This document shows, piece after piece, positions 9,327-18,971 of a stretch of 64,000 bases of DNA. Both the position numbers and the translations under genes were made by a program. Positions within the stretch are counted from its first letter, which is position 1; each line of letters begins with the position of its first letter. Under the pieces are notes generated by a model. The model saw only the letters and a list, made by a program, of their open reading frames with translations. It made no database searches and was not told where the DNA came from. Location of the stretch: contig CALXXY010000001.1 in the NCBI GenBank assembly GCA_944392815.1, forward strand, positions 128,001-192,000, in the 5' to 3' direction. The DNA is from an uncultured Alphaproteobacteria bacterium. GTDB taxonomy: Bacteria > Pseudomonadota > Alphaproteobacteria > Rs-D84.

Positions 9327-9549
9327 AGAGTGAAGAGTGGAGAGTATAGAGTGCAGATGTTGTCTGCGGGCATTCGCCCGCAGTGCTTTTTTATTTCTCG
9401 CGATGACAAAGGGGGAGTAAGGGGATTGTCTCGCACTCTCTGACCACCCCGCCCTGCGGGCACCCCTCCAATGGAGGGGAACTGGCTGCGTACCGTCGCG
9501 GAGTAAAGTTCCCCTCTGCGGAGGGGTGGCACGAAGTGCCGGGGTGGTT
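9327..9549. repeat. Cluster of GC-rich palindromic intergenic repeats
   Basis: AGAGTG..AGAGTGGAGAGTATAGAGTG and AAAGTTCCCCTCTGCGGAGGGGTGGCACG..GGGGTGGT units, also found at ~10566 and 38852-38970. Confidence 0.8.
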
Positions 9550-9875
9550 TATTCCATTGCGCAGGGTTGTTCGAATTCATATATGCCGGTGGTGTCTGTA
9601 TACGATACACCCGCTGGGGCGTACATTATGCACGAACCGTCTGGGCTGGTCACAAGGCAACTGGTTGCTGTGCCGGCGGACGTATAGCCCGTTGGGCATG
9701 AAGTGTTCGCAATATCCATGTGTTCCTCGACCACCGCGATATAACCCGACGGGCATGAAGTTGATGGGGTGCTTATTGCCTGCGCTGGCGGAACAACGAC
9801 TACTCCACCTCCTACATCCAGGGCCATCGCAGATACCGGACAACATAATGCACATAAAATCAGTATTCTTTTCAT
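9549..9875 (-). CDS. Small secreted Cys-rich protein
   Basis: Signal peptide; two SCPxGY motifs. Confidence 0.7.
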   Translation of the reverse strand: MKRILILCALCCPVSAMALDVGGGVVVVPPAQAISTPSTSCPSGYIAVVEEHMDIANTSCPTGYTSAGTATSCLVTSPDGSCIMYAPAGVSYTDTTGIYEFEQPCAME

Positions 9876-9887
9876 TGCGCGCCCCCG

Positions 9888-10331
9888 TTAGTCAGACAGA
9901 TAACGAAACAGCGCAGACCGAAAGGCCGCAAGGTCCCGGACGTTGGTCGCACAGTTGGCCGCGCAAAGCTGGGCGCAAACACCGGCCGACGAGTACGAGG
10001 AGTACACCCAGCGCGAAACGGCTGGACTTATCATACGACACCAGCAATATTTATTATCGTCACTTGTTGATGATATATCCAGTTTTGTCGCTGTGGCGTA
10101 TTGATATGCGCCTTTTGTACTACTGCATATTCCTATACCGCTTATCGGTGTGCTTACCCCGTTTGTTGTACACGTATCTGCCCAATCGGTATGATATTGG
10201 TATTGTGTAGGACTTGAGGTGCACGTCGTACTGCTGTTCAAGGCCACGCACTTCGTCACGGCGTGGGCGCCGGTGGTGGTTATGGCGCATAGCATTGCGC
10301 CGGCGATTAAAAACAGTTTCGAAATTTTCAT
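9888..10331 (-). CDS. Secreted Cys-rich protein (YCWC...CAxxCAxxCA)
   Basis: Signal peptide ending AHA; Cys-rich mature region; GGGGAG RBS. Confidence 0.7.
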   Translation of the reverse strand: MKISKLFLIAGAMLCAITTTGAHAVTKCVALNSSTTCTSSPTQYQYHTDWADTCTTNGVSTPISGIGICSSTKGAYQYATATKLDISSTSDDNKYCWCRMISPAVSRWVYSSYSSAGVCAQLCAANCATNVRDLAAFRSALFRYLSD

Positions 10332-10565
10332 TACTCTGACTCCCCCTGTATGTCCCCATCGATTCGTGTTTGGGGGCCAATCCCCGCAGAATCCAAAGGG
10401 TCGTTTATTTTCGGCATTTCTATGTGGACATTATAGTGGAATTTCTGGGCTTGCGTCAACTAAACAAATGCCGAATCTAAACCACCCTTTATTTTCGGCA
10501 TCTTTTTTTGCATTTTTCGGCAGATTTCCGCGCCACAGCGCGCGATTTTATTACCGTTGCGGAAT

Positions 10566-11030
10566 AAAGTTCCCCTCTGCGGGGGGGTGGCGCGCTTTGC
10601 GCGACGGGGTGGTCATTGTGTCCCCCCCCCCCCCGTCATCGTAAACGATGACACCCCCGCCCAGAACCACCCACGCAAACTATGTTTGCGCGGGGCCCGA
10701 TGGGTGCGGTGGGCATTCGAGTATGTCATTGCTCGCGCACTCTCTCCCCCTGTCATTCCCGCGCAGGCGGGAATAGGGCTTGGATTGTTATTAGTTATTT
10801 AATTAGGGAAATAATTCTGCGTTGTGTTTTTATTATTACGAAATCTGCGATATGAATTTAATAGACCATATTCCCGCCTTGTCCACCCCACAAACACATT
10901 CGTGTTTGCGGGGGCCCCGGGCGCGGGAATGACAAGTTATGGGGAGTAAGTGCATTTTCTCGCACTCTCTAACCACCCCGGCCTGGCCACCCGCGCGACG
11001 TGTCGCGTGGGTGGCCAGGCCAGGGTGGTC
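10566..11030. repeat. Dense cluster of palindromic repeats
   Basis: GTCATTCCCGC..GCGGGAAT(GAC), ACCACCC..CAAAC..GTTTG..GGGGCCC and GTTCCCCTCTGCGG units; long palindrome at 10971-11030. Confidence 0.8.
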
Positions 11031-11162
11031 ATTGTACTGGCGGTGGGCATTCTGGGGCGGCGGTGTTTGCCGATGAAAAGGTGGGACAGACGTGAAGTTT
11101 ATTTTTTATAAAAAACTGCTTGCATTTATTCCGGGAACAGTATAATATATGTCCTGCTCTTT

Positions 11163-11240
11163 GGGGTTGTAGCTCAGCTGGTTTAGAGCGTCTGCCTGTC
11201 ACGCAGAAGGTCGCGGGTTCGAGCCCCGTCAATCCCGCCA
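11163..11240 (+). tRNA. tRNA-Asp(GTC)
   Basis: Cloverleaf, anticodon loop CTGTCAC, GGTTCGAG T-loop, encoded CCA. Confidence 0.97.
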
Positions 11241-11361
11241 CAAATTTGCCGCCGCATGGCGGCGTTTTTATTTCCCGCCACGCCGCGCATGCGGAATAAT
11301 ATTCTGTTGATATATTTTGGTGGATTGATATACTGTTATCAACCATAACAAAGGGGAAAAT

Positions 11362-11850
11362 ATGAACATCAAATCTTTTGCCTGGATTGCGGGCGCTTTG
11401 GCTTTGGCCGCGTGCGGTGACAATACGCCGAATCCTGAAATGTTAAAGGGTATGAATTTTATTTCTGCGGGCGCGGGTGCCGATATCACATTGTCGTTCG
11501 ACGCGAATGAAATGCGCGTCAATGGCCAGGTCGTGAACCTGTACAACGGTTCGTACGAGGCCAACGGCAACCAAATCAAATTCAGCCCGTTCGCGTCAAC
11601 TATGATGATGGGCCCAATGGACGCTATGCAGACGGAACAGGATTATTTCCAATTCATGACAACGGTTGAAACGTATGAATTGGCCGATGGACGTTTGACT
11701 TTGAAAAACGCAGACGGCAAAGAAATCGTGTTCCAACAGATTGAACCAACCCAGGTAGAAACTGTCGAAACAGTCGAAGTTGCCACAGATGCCCCGGCCG
11801 ACGCAGTCGCGATTCCGGTTGCGGCGCCTGATTCTGCGGTTGCTGAATAA
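11362..11850 (+). CDS. META-domain lipoprotein
   Basis: Lipobox LAAC; VNLYNGSY...ASTMMMG...LTL pattern. Confidence 0.8.
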   Translation: MNIKSFAWIAGALALAACGDNTPNPEMLKGMNFISAGAGADITLSFDANEMRVNGQVVNLYNGSYEANGNQIKFSPFASTMMMGPMDAMQTEQDYFQFMTTVETYELADGRLTLKNADGKEIVFQQIEPTQVETVETVEVATDAPADAVAIPVAAPDSAVAE

Positions 11851-11954
11851 TACAGACAAACAAAATTTATAACCGGCAATATTGACTTGACAACAGTTCA
11901 AATGCCGGTTATAATTTGCCGGCGTTTTGGATTGAATAAATTCAAAATCAGTGG

Positions 11955-12039
11955 CAGTTTTGGCCCCATCGTTCCCGCCAGAACCACCCACGAAAATAAA
12001 TTTTCGCGGGACCCGGTGCGGGAATGACAGCGGCCCAGG
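11955..12039 (+). repeat. tRNA-Glu 5' fragment interrupted by a palindromic repeat unit
   Basis: 11955-11972 is identical to 12063-12080, followed by TCCCGC...GCGGGAATGACA and then GGCCCAGG. Confidence 0.7.
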
Positions 12040-12069
12040 TAAAATTGAAAGGTTTTACCGCACAGTTTT

Positions 12070-12145
12070 GGCCCCATCGTCTAGAGGCCCAGGACACCGC
12101 CCTTTCAAGGCGAGAACACCAGTTCGAATCTGGTTGGGGCTGCCA
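12070..12145 (+). tRNA. tRNA-Glu(TTC)
   Basis: Cloverleaf, anticodon loop CTTTCAA, GTTCGAA, CCA. Confidence 0.96.
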
Positions 12146-12376
12146 AAATAAATAACGACCCGTTTGGGTCGTTTTTTTATTTTGCTGTCTGCCCCCAGAT
12201 TTGAACTGGTACAGTTCGTGCGCGAAGTTGGTGAAAACACGCATTGCGTGTTTGAACCTTACGAGCCGAAAGGGGCCCGCCATGCCGCCAGGCATGGTGG
12301 GAATTACAATCTGGTTGGGGCTGCCAAAATAAATAACGACCCGTTTGGGTCGTTTTTTTATTTTGCTGTCTGCCCC
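12127..12376 (+). repeat. 69-bp direct repeat of the tRNA-Glu 3' end plus downstream hairpin (period 181 bp)
   Basis: 12127-12195 equals 12308-12376. Confidence 0.9.
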
Positions 12377-12514
12377 AGGGCGGCAACCCCGTTTGAACAT
12401 TGCCTGGGGACGATTTAAACATAGGAATCTTTACTGCTGTACACGTGTGGGAATACGTGATACTATTCAACCTATCCTAGAACACGTTCTGGGTTATAAA
12501 CAAGGAGAGAGAAA

Positions 12515-12745
12515 ATGACACATAATAATGTATGGTCTGCGGTTGACAGAATCGCGGCAAAAATGGGCCTGTCCTGTTCCGGGTTGGCACGGGCGTGCGG
12601 CATGGACCCGACCGCGTTCAATAAAAGCAAGCGCGTATCCAAATACGGCAAACCACACTGGCCATCGGGCAACACTTTGTCCAAAATTGTGTCTGTCGCG
12701 AAATTAAGCCCAGAAGAATTCGGCAGAATTTTACGTCAAAAATAA
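12515..12745 (+). CDS. Stand-alone XRE-like HTH protein, paralogue of 2743/3551
   Basis: VWSAVDRIA..GLSCSGLARACGMDPTAFNKSKR..HWPS; AAGGAG RBS. Confidence 0.85.
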   Translation: MTHNNVWSAVDRIAAKMGLSCSGLARACGMDPTAFNKSKRVSKYGKPHWPSGNTLSKIVSVAKLSPEEFGRILRQK

Positions 12746-12815
12746 CACATGCCCCCGCCCCATCGGCGGGGTATTTTCTGGGCAGACAAAAATTAACGGG
12801 GCGTTCGCCCCGTTA

Positions 12816-14588
12816 TTATATCAGTTTCGCATCGCGCAACAACTGTTCCAGGTATGTACCACGAACGTGTTTCATGCCCTGTTTTTCCAACAGCTTCATA
12901 ACCCACGGAACGTCCAATTGCTGCAGTTTTTTACAATCGTTCAAATAATAAATACTTTGCAACAACATGCGAATATCAAAACAGGAATCGAAAACTTCGG
13001 GAACACCGCGGTCGATATTTAACAGGGTGTATACGGCCTGCATCGCTGTGCGTACCGAATATTCTGTGGTGAACACAGTGTCGCGTTCTGTTTCTGCATA
13101 GTTGCCAATAAACGCCAGGTTCACAGAACCACGCGGCACAACCAGTGGTCTGTCGCCCAATGCACGCGGCATAAAATACGTTGTTATATACGGCATGTGC
13201 GACGGGACTGTGCTGGATTTATTGTGCGCGATATCGTCAATTTGCGCCAGTGGCACGCCAATATGATACAGCCATTCCGCGCATAATTCTGCGCCTGTGC
13301 AGTCCGCGATTTTTTTCTTTACATAATTTCCGTCTGTGTCGGACAACAACCCATATGTCCAAACGACAATTTCGTTTGGTTTTTGTGCACGAAAATGCGG
13401 CTGGCGCGAAATGCTGAATCCGTACAGCCAATTGGAATCTTTGATTGTCACAGGACCGCTGCTGACGATTGATCCGCTGTGCGGATTTTTTTTGCAGATT
13501 TTTTCTATGTACGGCACGACTGTGTCATCAAACAATGTGATTGTCGCAGATATAACCCAATTCGCAGCCGGAATATTTTCACAGAATTTTTCGGGTCGTC
13601 CAAATTCATCGCACTGGGCCGCCAGATTTTTCCACAACTGCCACGACGCGCCCAATTCGTGCGTTTGTTCTGCGGGGGTGTCGTTATCGCCGTATGTGGT
13701 GCTTTCGGTTATGGAACCATTGGTGACGAAAACCAAATCATCTGGTGACAATTTGATTTCGCGACGACGGCCCGATTTTATCAATTCTATTTTTTGGGCG
13801 ATTTTTTTGTTTTGTTTGCAATTGACGTCTATGTTGGTAATCGTTGTATCAAAATGAAATTTTACACCGTGCGATTCCAACCAGCGCACCAGCGGCGTTA
13901 TCAGTGATTCATATTGATTATATTTCGTGAATTTTAATGCAGACATGTCCGCCAATTTGCCAACATGATGAATGAAACGCAATAAATAGCGGCGCATTTC
14001 CATCGCACTGGACCATTTTTCAAACGCAAACATGGTCGCCCAATATAACCAGAAATTGGATTCAAAAAATTCATCACCAAATACTTGATCGATTTGAACG
14101 TCCTGTAATTTTTCTTCGGGCGTCAGGGCTAAATCTATCATTTCACGAATAGCGGTCGGCGTCAGTGTTAATTTGCCGTCGTCGCGCATGCGGTGGCCAC
14201 GGCGTTCAATCGCACGGCAATGTGAAAAACTGGGGTCGGATTTATTCAGCCAATAAAATTCGTCCAACACGGAAATGTCTGGATTTTCCAACGACGGAAT
14301 CGAACGGAACAAATCCCACAGAGTTTCAAAGTGGGCCTCCATTTCGCGGCCACCACGAATAATAAATCCGCGCTGGGGATTTTTTATGCCGTCCATACTG
14401 CCGCCGGCGATGGGTAATTCTTCGAAAATGTGAATTTTGTTGCCGCGCATTTTACCGTCGCGAATCATGAACACGGCGGCCGCCAATCCAGCCAGTCCAC
14501 CACCAACTATGTACGCAGATTTTTTCGACGCGTCTGATGGTGGTAATGGGTTGGCAAATGCTTCGTAATTGCCATTGCTGTAATACAT
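12816..14588 (-). CDS. ohyA: Oleate hydratase (myosin-cross-reactive antigen family)
   Basis: MYYSNGNYEAFA start, GGGLAGL FAD motif, RGGREME, TTEYSVRTA. Confidence 0.93.
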   Translation of the reverse strand: MYYSNGNYEAFANPLPPSDASKKSAYIVGGGLAGLAAAVFMIRDGKMRGNKIHIFEELPIAGGSMDGIKNPQRGFIIRGGREMEAHFETLWDLFRSIPSLENPDISVLDEFYWLNKSDPSFSHCRAIERRGHRMRDDGKLTLTPTAIREMIDLALTPEEKLQDVQIDQVFGDEFFESNFWLYWATMFAFEKWSSAMEMRRYLLRFIHHVGKLADMSALKFTKYNQYESLITPLVRWLESHGVKFHFDTTITNIDVNCKQNKKIAQKIELIKSGRRREIKLSPDDLVFVTNGSITESTTYGDNDTPAEQTHELGASWQLWKNLAAQCDEFGRPEKFCENIPAANWVISATITLFDDTVVPYIEKICKKNPHSGSIVSSGPVTIKDSNWLYGFSISRQPHFRAQKPNEIVVWTYGLLSDTDGNYVKKKIADCTGAELCAEWLYHIGVPLAQIDDIAHNKSSTVPSHMPYITTYFMPRALGDRPLVVPRGSVNLAFIGNYAETERDTVFTTEYSVRTAMQAVYTLLNIDRGVPEVFDSCFDIRMLLQSIYYLNDCKKLQQLDVPWVMKLLEKQGMKHVRGTYLEQLLRDAKLI

Positions 14589-14731
14589 TATGTTTCTCCT
14601 TTGGTTATATGCACGCCATAATTTTAAACAGTGCCCGCGGGCAAATAAACAGGACTGATTTCACATGCCATTTTTCACTTGAGTCATATGAATAAAATTT
14701 CTATGATAAAAATAACGAAAGGGGTGACAAC

Positions 14732-15916
14732 ATGGGGAAAATTCCGTATTTCTGGGTATTTATGGGTTTGGTGTTGGCGGCATGTACTGATGGTGGGTCG
14801 CCTTCGGCGGGGCATATCAACATGCGGCCCGAGGGTATGACCCCAGGTCGCGGCCCTGAGACCGACACGGTCAAGGGCAGTAATAATGCCGTCACCGGTA
14901 TGATTGTCACAAACAAGGCGCAGGTTATTAATTATATCGCGAGTGAGTTCAAGGGCGCCCCGACATGGGAAAATAAAACGTCCGACAATACGCTTATTGC
15001 CAATGCGGCCATTGAAATCGCCAGTGGCGAATACAGCACATATGACGCGGAAAACAGTGGCGTATGGGGGCCGGCGCTGTGGGTGGTGTCGCATGATTTA
15101 TATTCCACGTGCGGGTCGGCGGAAAATGTTGCTAAATGCGTATCCGATTGGCGTACGGAAAATCCTGATGTGGTCAGCCAGGAACTGAATACACTGTTGC
15201 GTAATGCACAGGCACTGGATATCACAGACGCGATTTTTGCAGACGCGGAAAATACACAATTGCACTTTACCGTTGGCGAAAACGGCAAAATCGACAGCAT
15301 CGTACTGGGCCGCACAACGTATGGGCGCGACAGTGACAGTGGAAACGTGTTCACGGCCGAAAACGGCAGCAGTGTGACATATGACAGTGGTGCAACTTTG
15401 GCGCAAAAATTCCAATTGTCGTATTCTGATTTTGGAACATATCAAATCACGACCAATGATGTTGCGGGACCAAAAATCGCCTTTGCTGGTGGGTACGGTG
15501 ATAAACGTATTGAGATAGCAAACGTTGCCGCGTTGGACGGCAAAACGACAACGTTTACCGGCAAAGCCATTGGGACCGTCGCAAATGGCAATAAAACAAT
15601 AGATTTGGACGGCAGTGCGACATTGAAATTTGATGACACGGGGGCTGCGCCTGTGACTACGTTGGGCGCCACCGGATTTTCCAATTGGTACAGTTTTACC
15701 GTCACCCAGGAATCTGACCAAAATCCAACAATTCAATTTGATACAAGTTTAACCAATAAAGTCCCCGAAGGTTTCCAGGTCGAGGGCAATGGCGATGTAT
15801 CCATGAATGTCGGATATTATGGTCCAAATGCCGATACACCGATAGAGGCCACCGGACTGGTACAATATACCGAGGGCGATATAAAGATGGACATGGCGTT
15901 CGGTGTTAAACAATAA
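14732..15916 (+). CDS. Surface lipoprotein with a TbpB-like C-terminal beta-barrel (probable Slam substrate)
   Basis: Lipobox LAAC; YSDFG, FAGGY, FTGKA; C-terminal DMAFGVKQ; upstream of Slam. Confidence 0.7.
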   Translation: MGKIPYFWVFMGLVLAACTDGGSPSAGHINMRPEGMTPGRGPETDTVKGSNNAVTGMIVTNKAQVINYIASEFKGAPTWENKTSDNTLIANAAIEIASGEYSTYDAENSGVWGPALWVVSHDLYSTCGSAENVAKCVSDWRTENPDVVSQELNTLLRNAQALDITDAIFADAENTQLHFTVGENGKIDSIVLGRTTYGRDSDSGNVFTAENGSSVTYDSGATLAQKFQLSYSDFGTYQITTNDVAGPKIAFAGGYGDKRIEIANVAALDGKTTTFTGKAIGTVANGNKTIDLDGSATLKFDDTGAAPVTTLGATGFSNWYSFTVTQESDQNPTIQFDTSLTNKVPEGFQVEGNGDVSMNVGYYGPNADTPIEATGLVQYTEGDIKMDMAFGVKQ

Positions 15917-15937
15917 ATAATCGCAGGGGGAACGGGC

Positions 15938-17194
15938 ATGAAGCGAACTTTGGTTGCCACAATCAGTGTGCTGATGTTATTAACCGCATGTGCAACGGAC
16001 AACAGTTCGCCAACGTACCCGATGGGCAGTGACGGATATGTGCCCAGGCCGGTAAATCCAGCCACGGGTTTTGAAAACACCGATGATTACGTTGCGATAC
16101 GTGACAATCAAAACATCACACCAATGTACATGCGCAGCGAAAATCAGGTTGCTGATTATATCGATTATCGATTAAATGAATGGGATTCTTTTAATCCAGA
16201 TTTTGGTGATGATGTTAATCGCGGGGATATCGCGGCGGCGGCGCTGTTTTTGACCAACCCAGATTTAACAGCCAAGGATATAAATAACTATTTCAATGGC
16301 AAAGAACAACTGTTTCACATGGCGATGTATGTCATAGACAATCGTTTGGACAGATGTTTTGATGGGGGCACCACCCCGGCGGCGTGCTTTATTGATTGGC
16401 GCGATGATAAAACTGATGATTTTAATGCCATTGCCACAGAAATAAAAAACAATGCCGTGGTATTATATCCAACGGAATCTGGGGAAAATCAGGCCATATT
16501 TAAAACTGATTCAGATAAACTGTTAACGTTTATTTTTGACAATGATTCTGGTCGCATTTCTGGAATAAAATTTGGTGCGGGTGATAATGCAACACAATAT
16601 TCCACTGGTGACGGTCATGTGTTCGAACAAATAACCGACGATGCAATAAAAACATTACAGTATGATTCTGTGTCACGCGCAGATGGTGTTGGACTGACGT
16701 ATTCTGATTTTGGGCATTATTATACACAAACACTGAATCAAAACAGCGAAATATCGGATATGGGCAGTGGCGTTTTTGCAGGCGGATATGCGTCAAAGCA
16801 AATTACACCAGATGTCGCCAAATTTAACAAAACCGCATTTTCTGGCAAAGCGGTTGCCAAGGTGACGCCCACTGATAACCAATCACACAATTTTTATGGA
16901 AATGCAACTTTATACGTTGACACGAATGGCGACACAAATTTAACCGCGGACTTTGCAGATTGGTATACTGTTGTTGCGGAATCAACATTGGGTTCGTCTG
17001 GGGCACAATTCACATTCACTGGCAACGACCAGAATATTGATGAAAAATATCGTTTTAACAACGATACATTATCGGGCACCATGAATATCGAATATTATGG
17101 ACCAGATGGCACCACCGTGACCGAGGCCGTAGGCCTGATTAACGTGGCGGAACAAAACGGTTTGCGCGCCGATATGGCATTTGGTGTAAAGTAA
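15938..17194 (+). CDS. Second paralogous surface lipoprotein (probable Slam substrate)
   Basis: Lipobox LTAC; same YSDFG/FAGGY/YYGP/DMAFGVK motifs. Confidence 0.7.
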   Translation: MKRTLVATISVLMLLTACATDNSSPTYPMGSDGYVPRPVNPATGFENTDDYVAIRDNQNITPMYMRSENQVADYIDYRLNEWDSFNPDFGDDVNRGDIAAAALFLTNPDLTAKDINNYFNGKEQLFHMAMYVIDNRLDRCFDGGTTPAACFIDWRDDKTDDFNAIATEIKNNAVVLYPTESGENQAIFKTDSDKLLTFIFDNDSGRISGIKFGAGDNATQYSTGDGHVFEQITDDAIKTLQYDSVSRADGVGLTYSDFGHYYTQTLNQNSEISDMGSGVFAGGYASKQITPDVAKFNKTAFSGKAVAKVTPTDNQSHNFYGNATLYVDTNGDTNLTADFADWYTVVAESTLGSSGAQFTFTGNDQNIDEKYRFNNDTLSGTMNIEYYGPDGTTVTEAVGLINVAEQNGLRADMAFGVK

Positions 17195-17198
17195 TATT

Positions 17199-18575
17199 TT
17201 GAAAAAAATAGTTCTGATTATTTGTTTTGTTATGTGTTTGCCTGGGGTGACCCGGGCAAATTCTGCGTTGGGCACCGCGGGGGTGGCCGACAACAATTCC
17301 ACCCCGCGCGAAGTGACCATGTCCGCACTGGACGCGATGAAAATGGTTGGCGCAATGGTGGACAACGGCGAATTGGATATGGCCGAACAAATTCTGGACA
17401 AAATGCCTGCGTTTGGGGGCGGGCCGCTGGAAATAGAACGTTGGTTTTTGACCGCACGAATTGCCGCATACAGGGGCGATTTTGACACTGCAATTGATAT
17501 TTATCGCGATATTTTGGACGCGCACCCAGATTTGGCACGTGTGCGTTTCGAATTGGCTGTGTGCTATATGAAAACAAAACAATGGTATCGCGCGGATTAT
17601 CAATTGCGCCTGGCCATGGCGGGAAATGATTTGCCGGATAATATTCGGCAAATGATGAACTATTACCGTTATGTTATTCGGCAAAATAAAAATTGGAATG
17701 TTTGGTTTAATTTTGGCGCGGCACCCGATAACAATGTTAACAATGCCACCGGTGGCCAGGAATGCGTTATGACGCCGCTGGGGCCGTTGTGTCACAATTT
17801 AGTGGAACCTGAATCTGCGGTCGGGTTTAATTTGGCATTCGGGGGAAATTACGAATTTAAATTGTCCGAACAGTGGCGCTGGAAAACCGAGGCCGGCATA
17901 TATTCCAACACGTATACTTTGCATGATTATGACGATTTGTATCTGTATGCGTCAACGGGCCCGCGATTTATCTGGTCGCGGGGTGATGTATGGGCCGCTG
18001 CGGTTGGGTCGCGGCGTTGGTATGGGTGGGACAAATATAATTGGTCGGCCGGTGGCCGCATTGGCGCCAGTTATGATTTTACCCGCAAATTACTGGGGCG
18101 GTTGGATTTTCAGATTACGTCCAACAAATACGATGTTTATGCAGAATATCTGAACGGCGAAACGTATTCGTTGAATACTGAATTGTTTTATTCCATTTTG
18201 CCGAATTTTTATACTGTATTGCGCACAGGCGTCGCACGCGAATGGGCGGCGTCGGAAACATATTCGTATTGGACCCCGCGCGTCAGTATCGGCATTGGCG
18301 CAGAATTGCCGTGGGGATTCAATCTGTATGTGGAACCGGCGTTTTATTGGCAACTGTATGATGGCCAGCAATGGTCTGTCCAGGACGGTTGGTTCAAACG
18401 GGTGACTGAACGCGATTTTTCGCAACGCTATGCCGTGTATTTATCGAACAATAAATTTGACGTTATGGGGTTCGTGCCGACGGTCGTGTTCAGTTATACC
18501 CGCCGCGATTCCAATATATGGCAACGTGAATACGACAGATGGGCGGTGGAATTTACAATGTCCCAACGTTTCTGA
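17199..18575 (+). CDS. Slam-family outer-membrane translocon (TPR + DUF560-type barrel; type XI secretion)
   Basis: Signal peptide, TPR with RVRFELA, APDNNVNN, aromatic-rich beta strands, terminal F. Confidence 0.8.
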   Translation: MKKIVLIICFVMCLPGVTRANSALGTAGVADNNSTPREVTMSALDAMKMVGAMVDNGELDMAEQILDKMPAFGGGPLEIERWFLTARIAAYRGDFDTAIDIYRDILDAHPDLARVRFELAVCYMKTKQWYRADYQLRLAMAGNDLPDNIRQMMNYYRYVIRQNKNWNVWFNFGAAPDNNVNNATGGQECVMTPLGPLCHNLVEPESAVGFNLAFGGNYEFKLSEQWRWKTEAGIYSNTYTLHDYDDLYLYASTGPRFIWSRGDVWAAAVGSRRWYGWDKYNWSAGGRIGASYDFTRKLLGRLDFQITSNKYDVYAEYLNGETYSLNTELFYSILPNFYTVLRTGVAREWAASETYSYWTPRVSIGIGAELPWGFNLYVEPAFYWQLYDGQQWSVQDGWFKRVTERDFSQRYAVYLSNNKFDVMGFVPTVVFSYTRRDSNIWQREYDRWAVEFTMSQRF

Positions 18576-18634
18576 TACAACAAACACGGCACCGATTGGT
18601 GCCGCGTTTATAAACTGAACATGCCACAAATAAA

Positions 18635-18814
18635 TTAGTGGGGCATTTTAGCTTCGGTCATTACGACATGTTTACGCAGTTTCGGATCGTATTTGCGGAA
18701 TTTCATTTTACCGGCGGTATTTTCCGAACGCGTGTTTTTTGTTGTTGTATAGAAATAGCCAGTTTCTTTGTTTTCCAGCTTTACAACTTCTTTGCTGCCT
18801 TTCTTTGATGCCAT
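18635..18814 (-). CDS. rpmG: 50S ribosomal protein L33 (59 aa, missed by the ORF track)
   Basis: Manual translation gives ...[10 protein letters not shown]...[15 protein letters not shown]. Confidence 0.95.
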   Translation of the reverse strand: MASKKGSKEVVKLENKETGYFYTTTKNTRSENTAGKMKFRKYDPKLRKHVVMTEAKMPH

Positions 18815-18971
18815 TTTATAAACCTTTTATCTATTGTGCGTGGTATTTTATGGTAAAAATTACTGGAAATCAAGTACTTTTTATCATAGTATTATCAATA
18901 CGATGCGGGTATGGCGACTACGCAGCGAAGCGAAGTGCCGCCGGGACGCAGAACATATTGTTGTACAGAAC

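Noticed and set aside
9549-10331. Diversity-generating retroelement target
   Set aside because: No reverse transcriptase or template-repeat/variable-repeat pair in the window
10622-10634. Poly-C tract as a phase-variation switch
   Set aside because: Lies within an intergenic repeat cluster, not in a credible ORF or promoter
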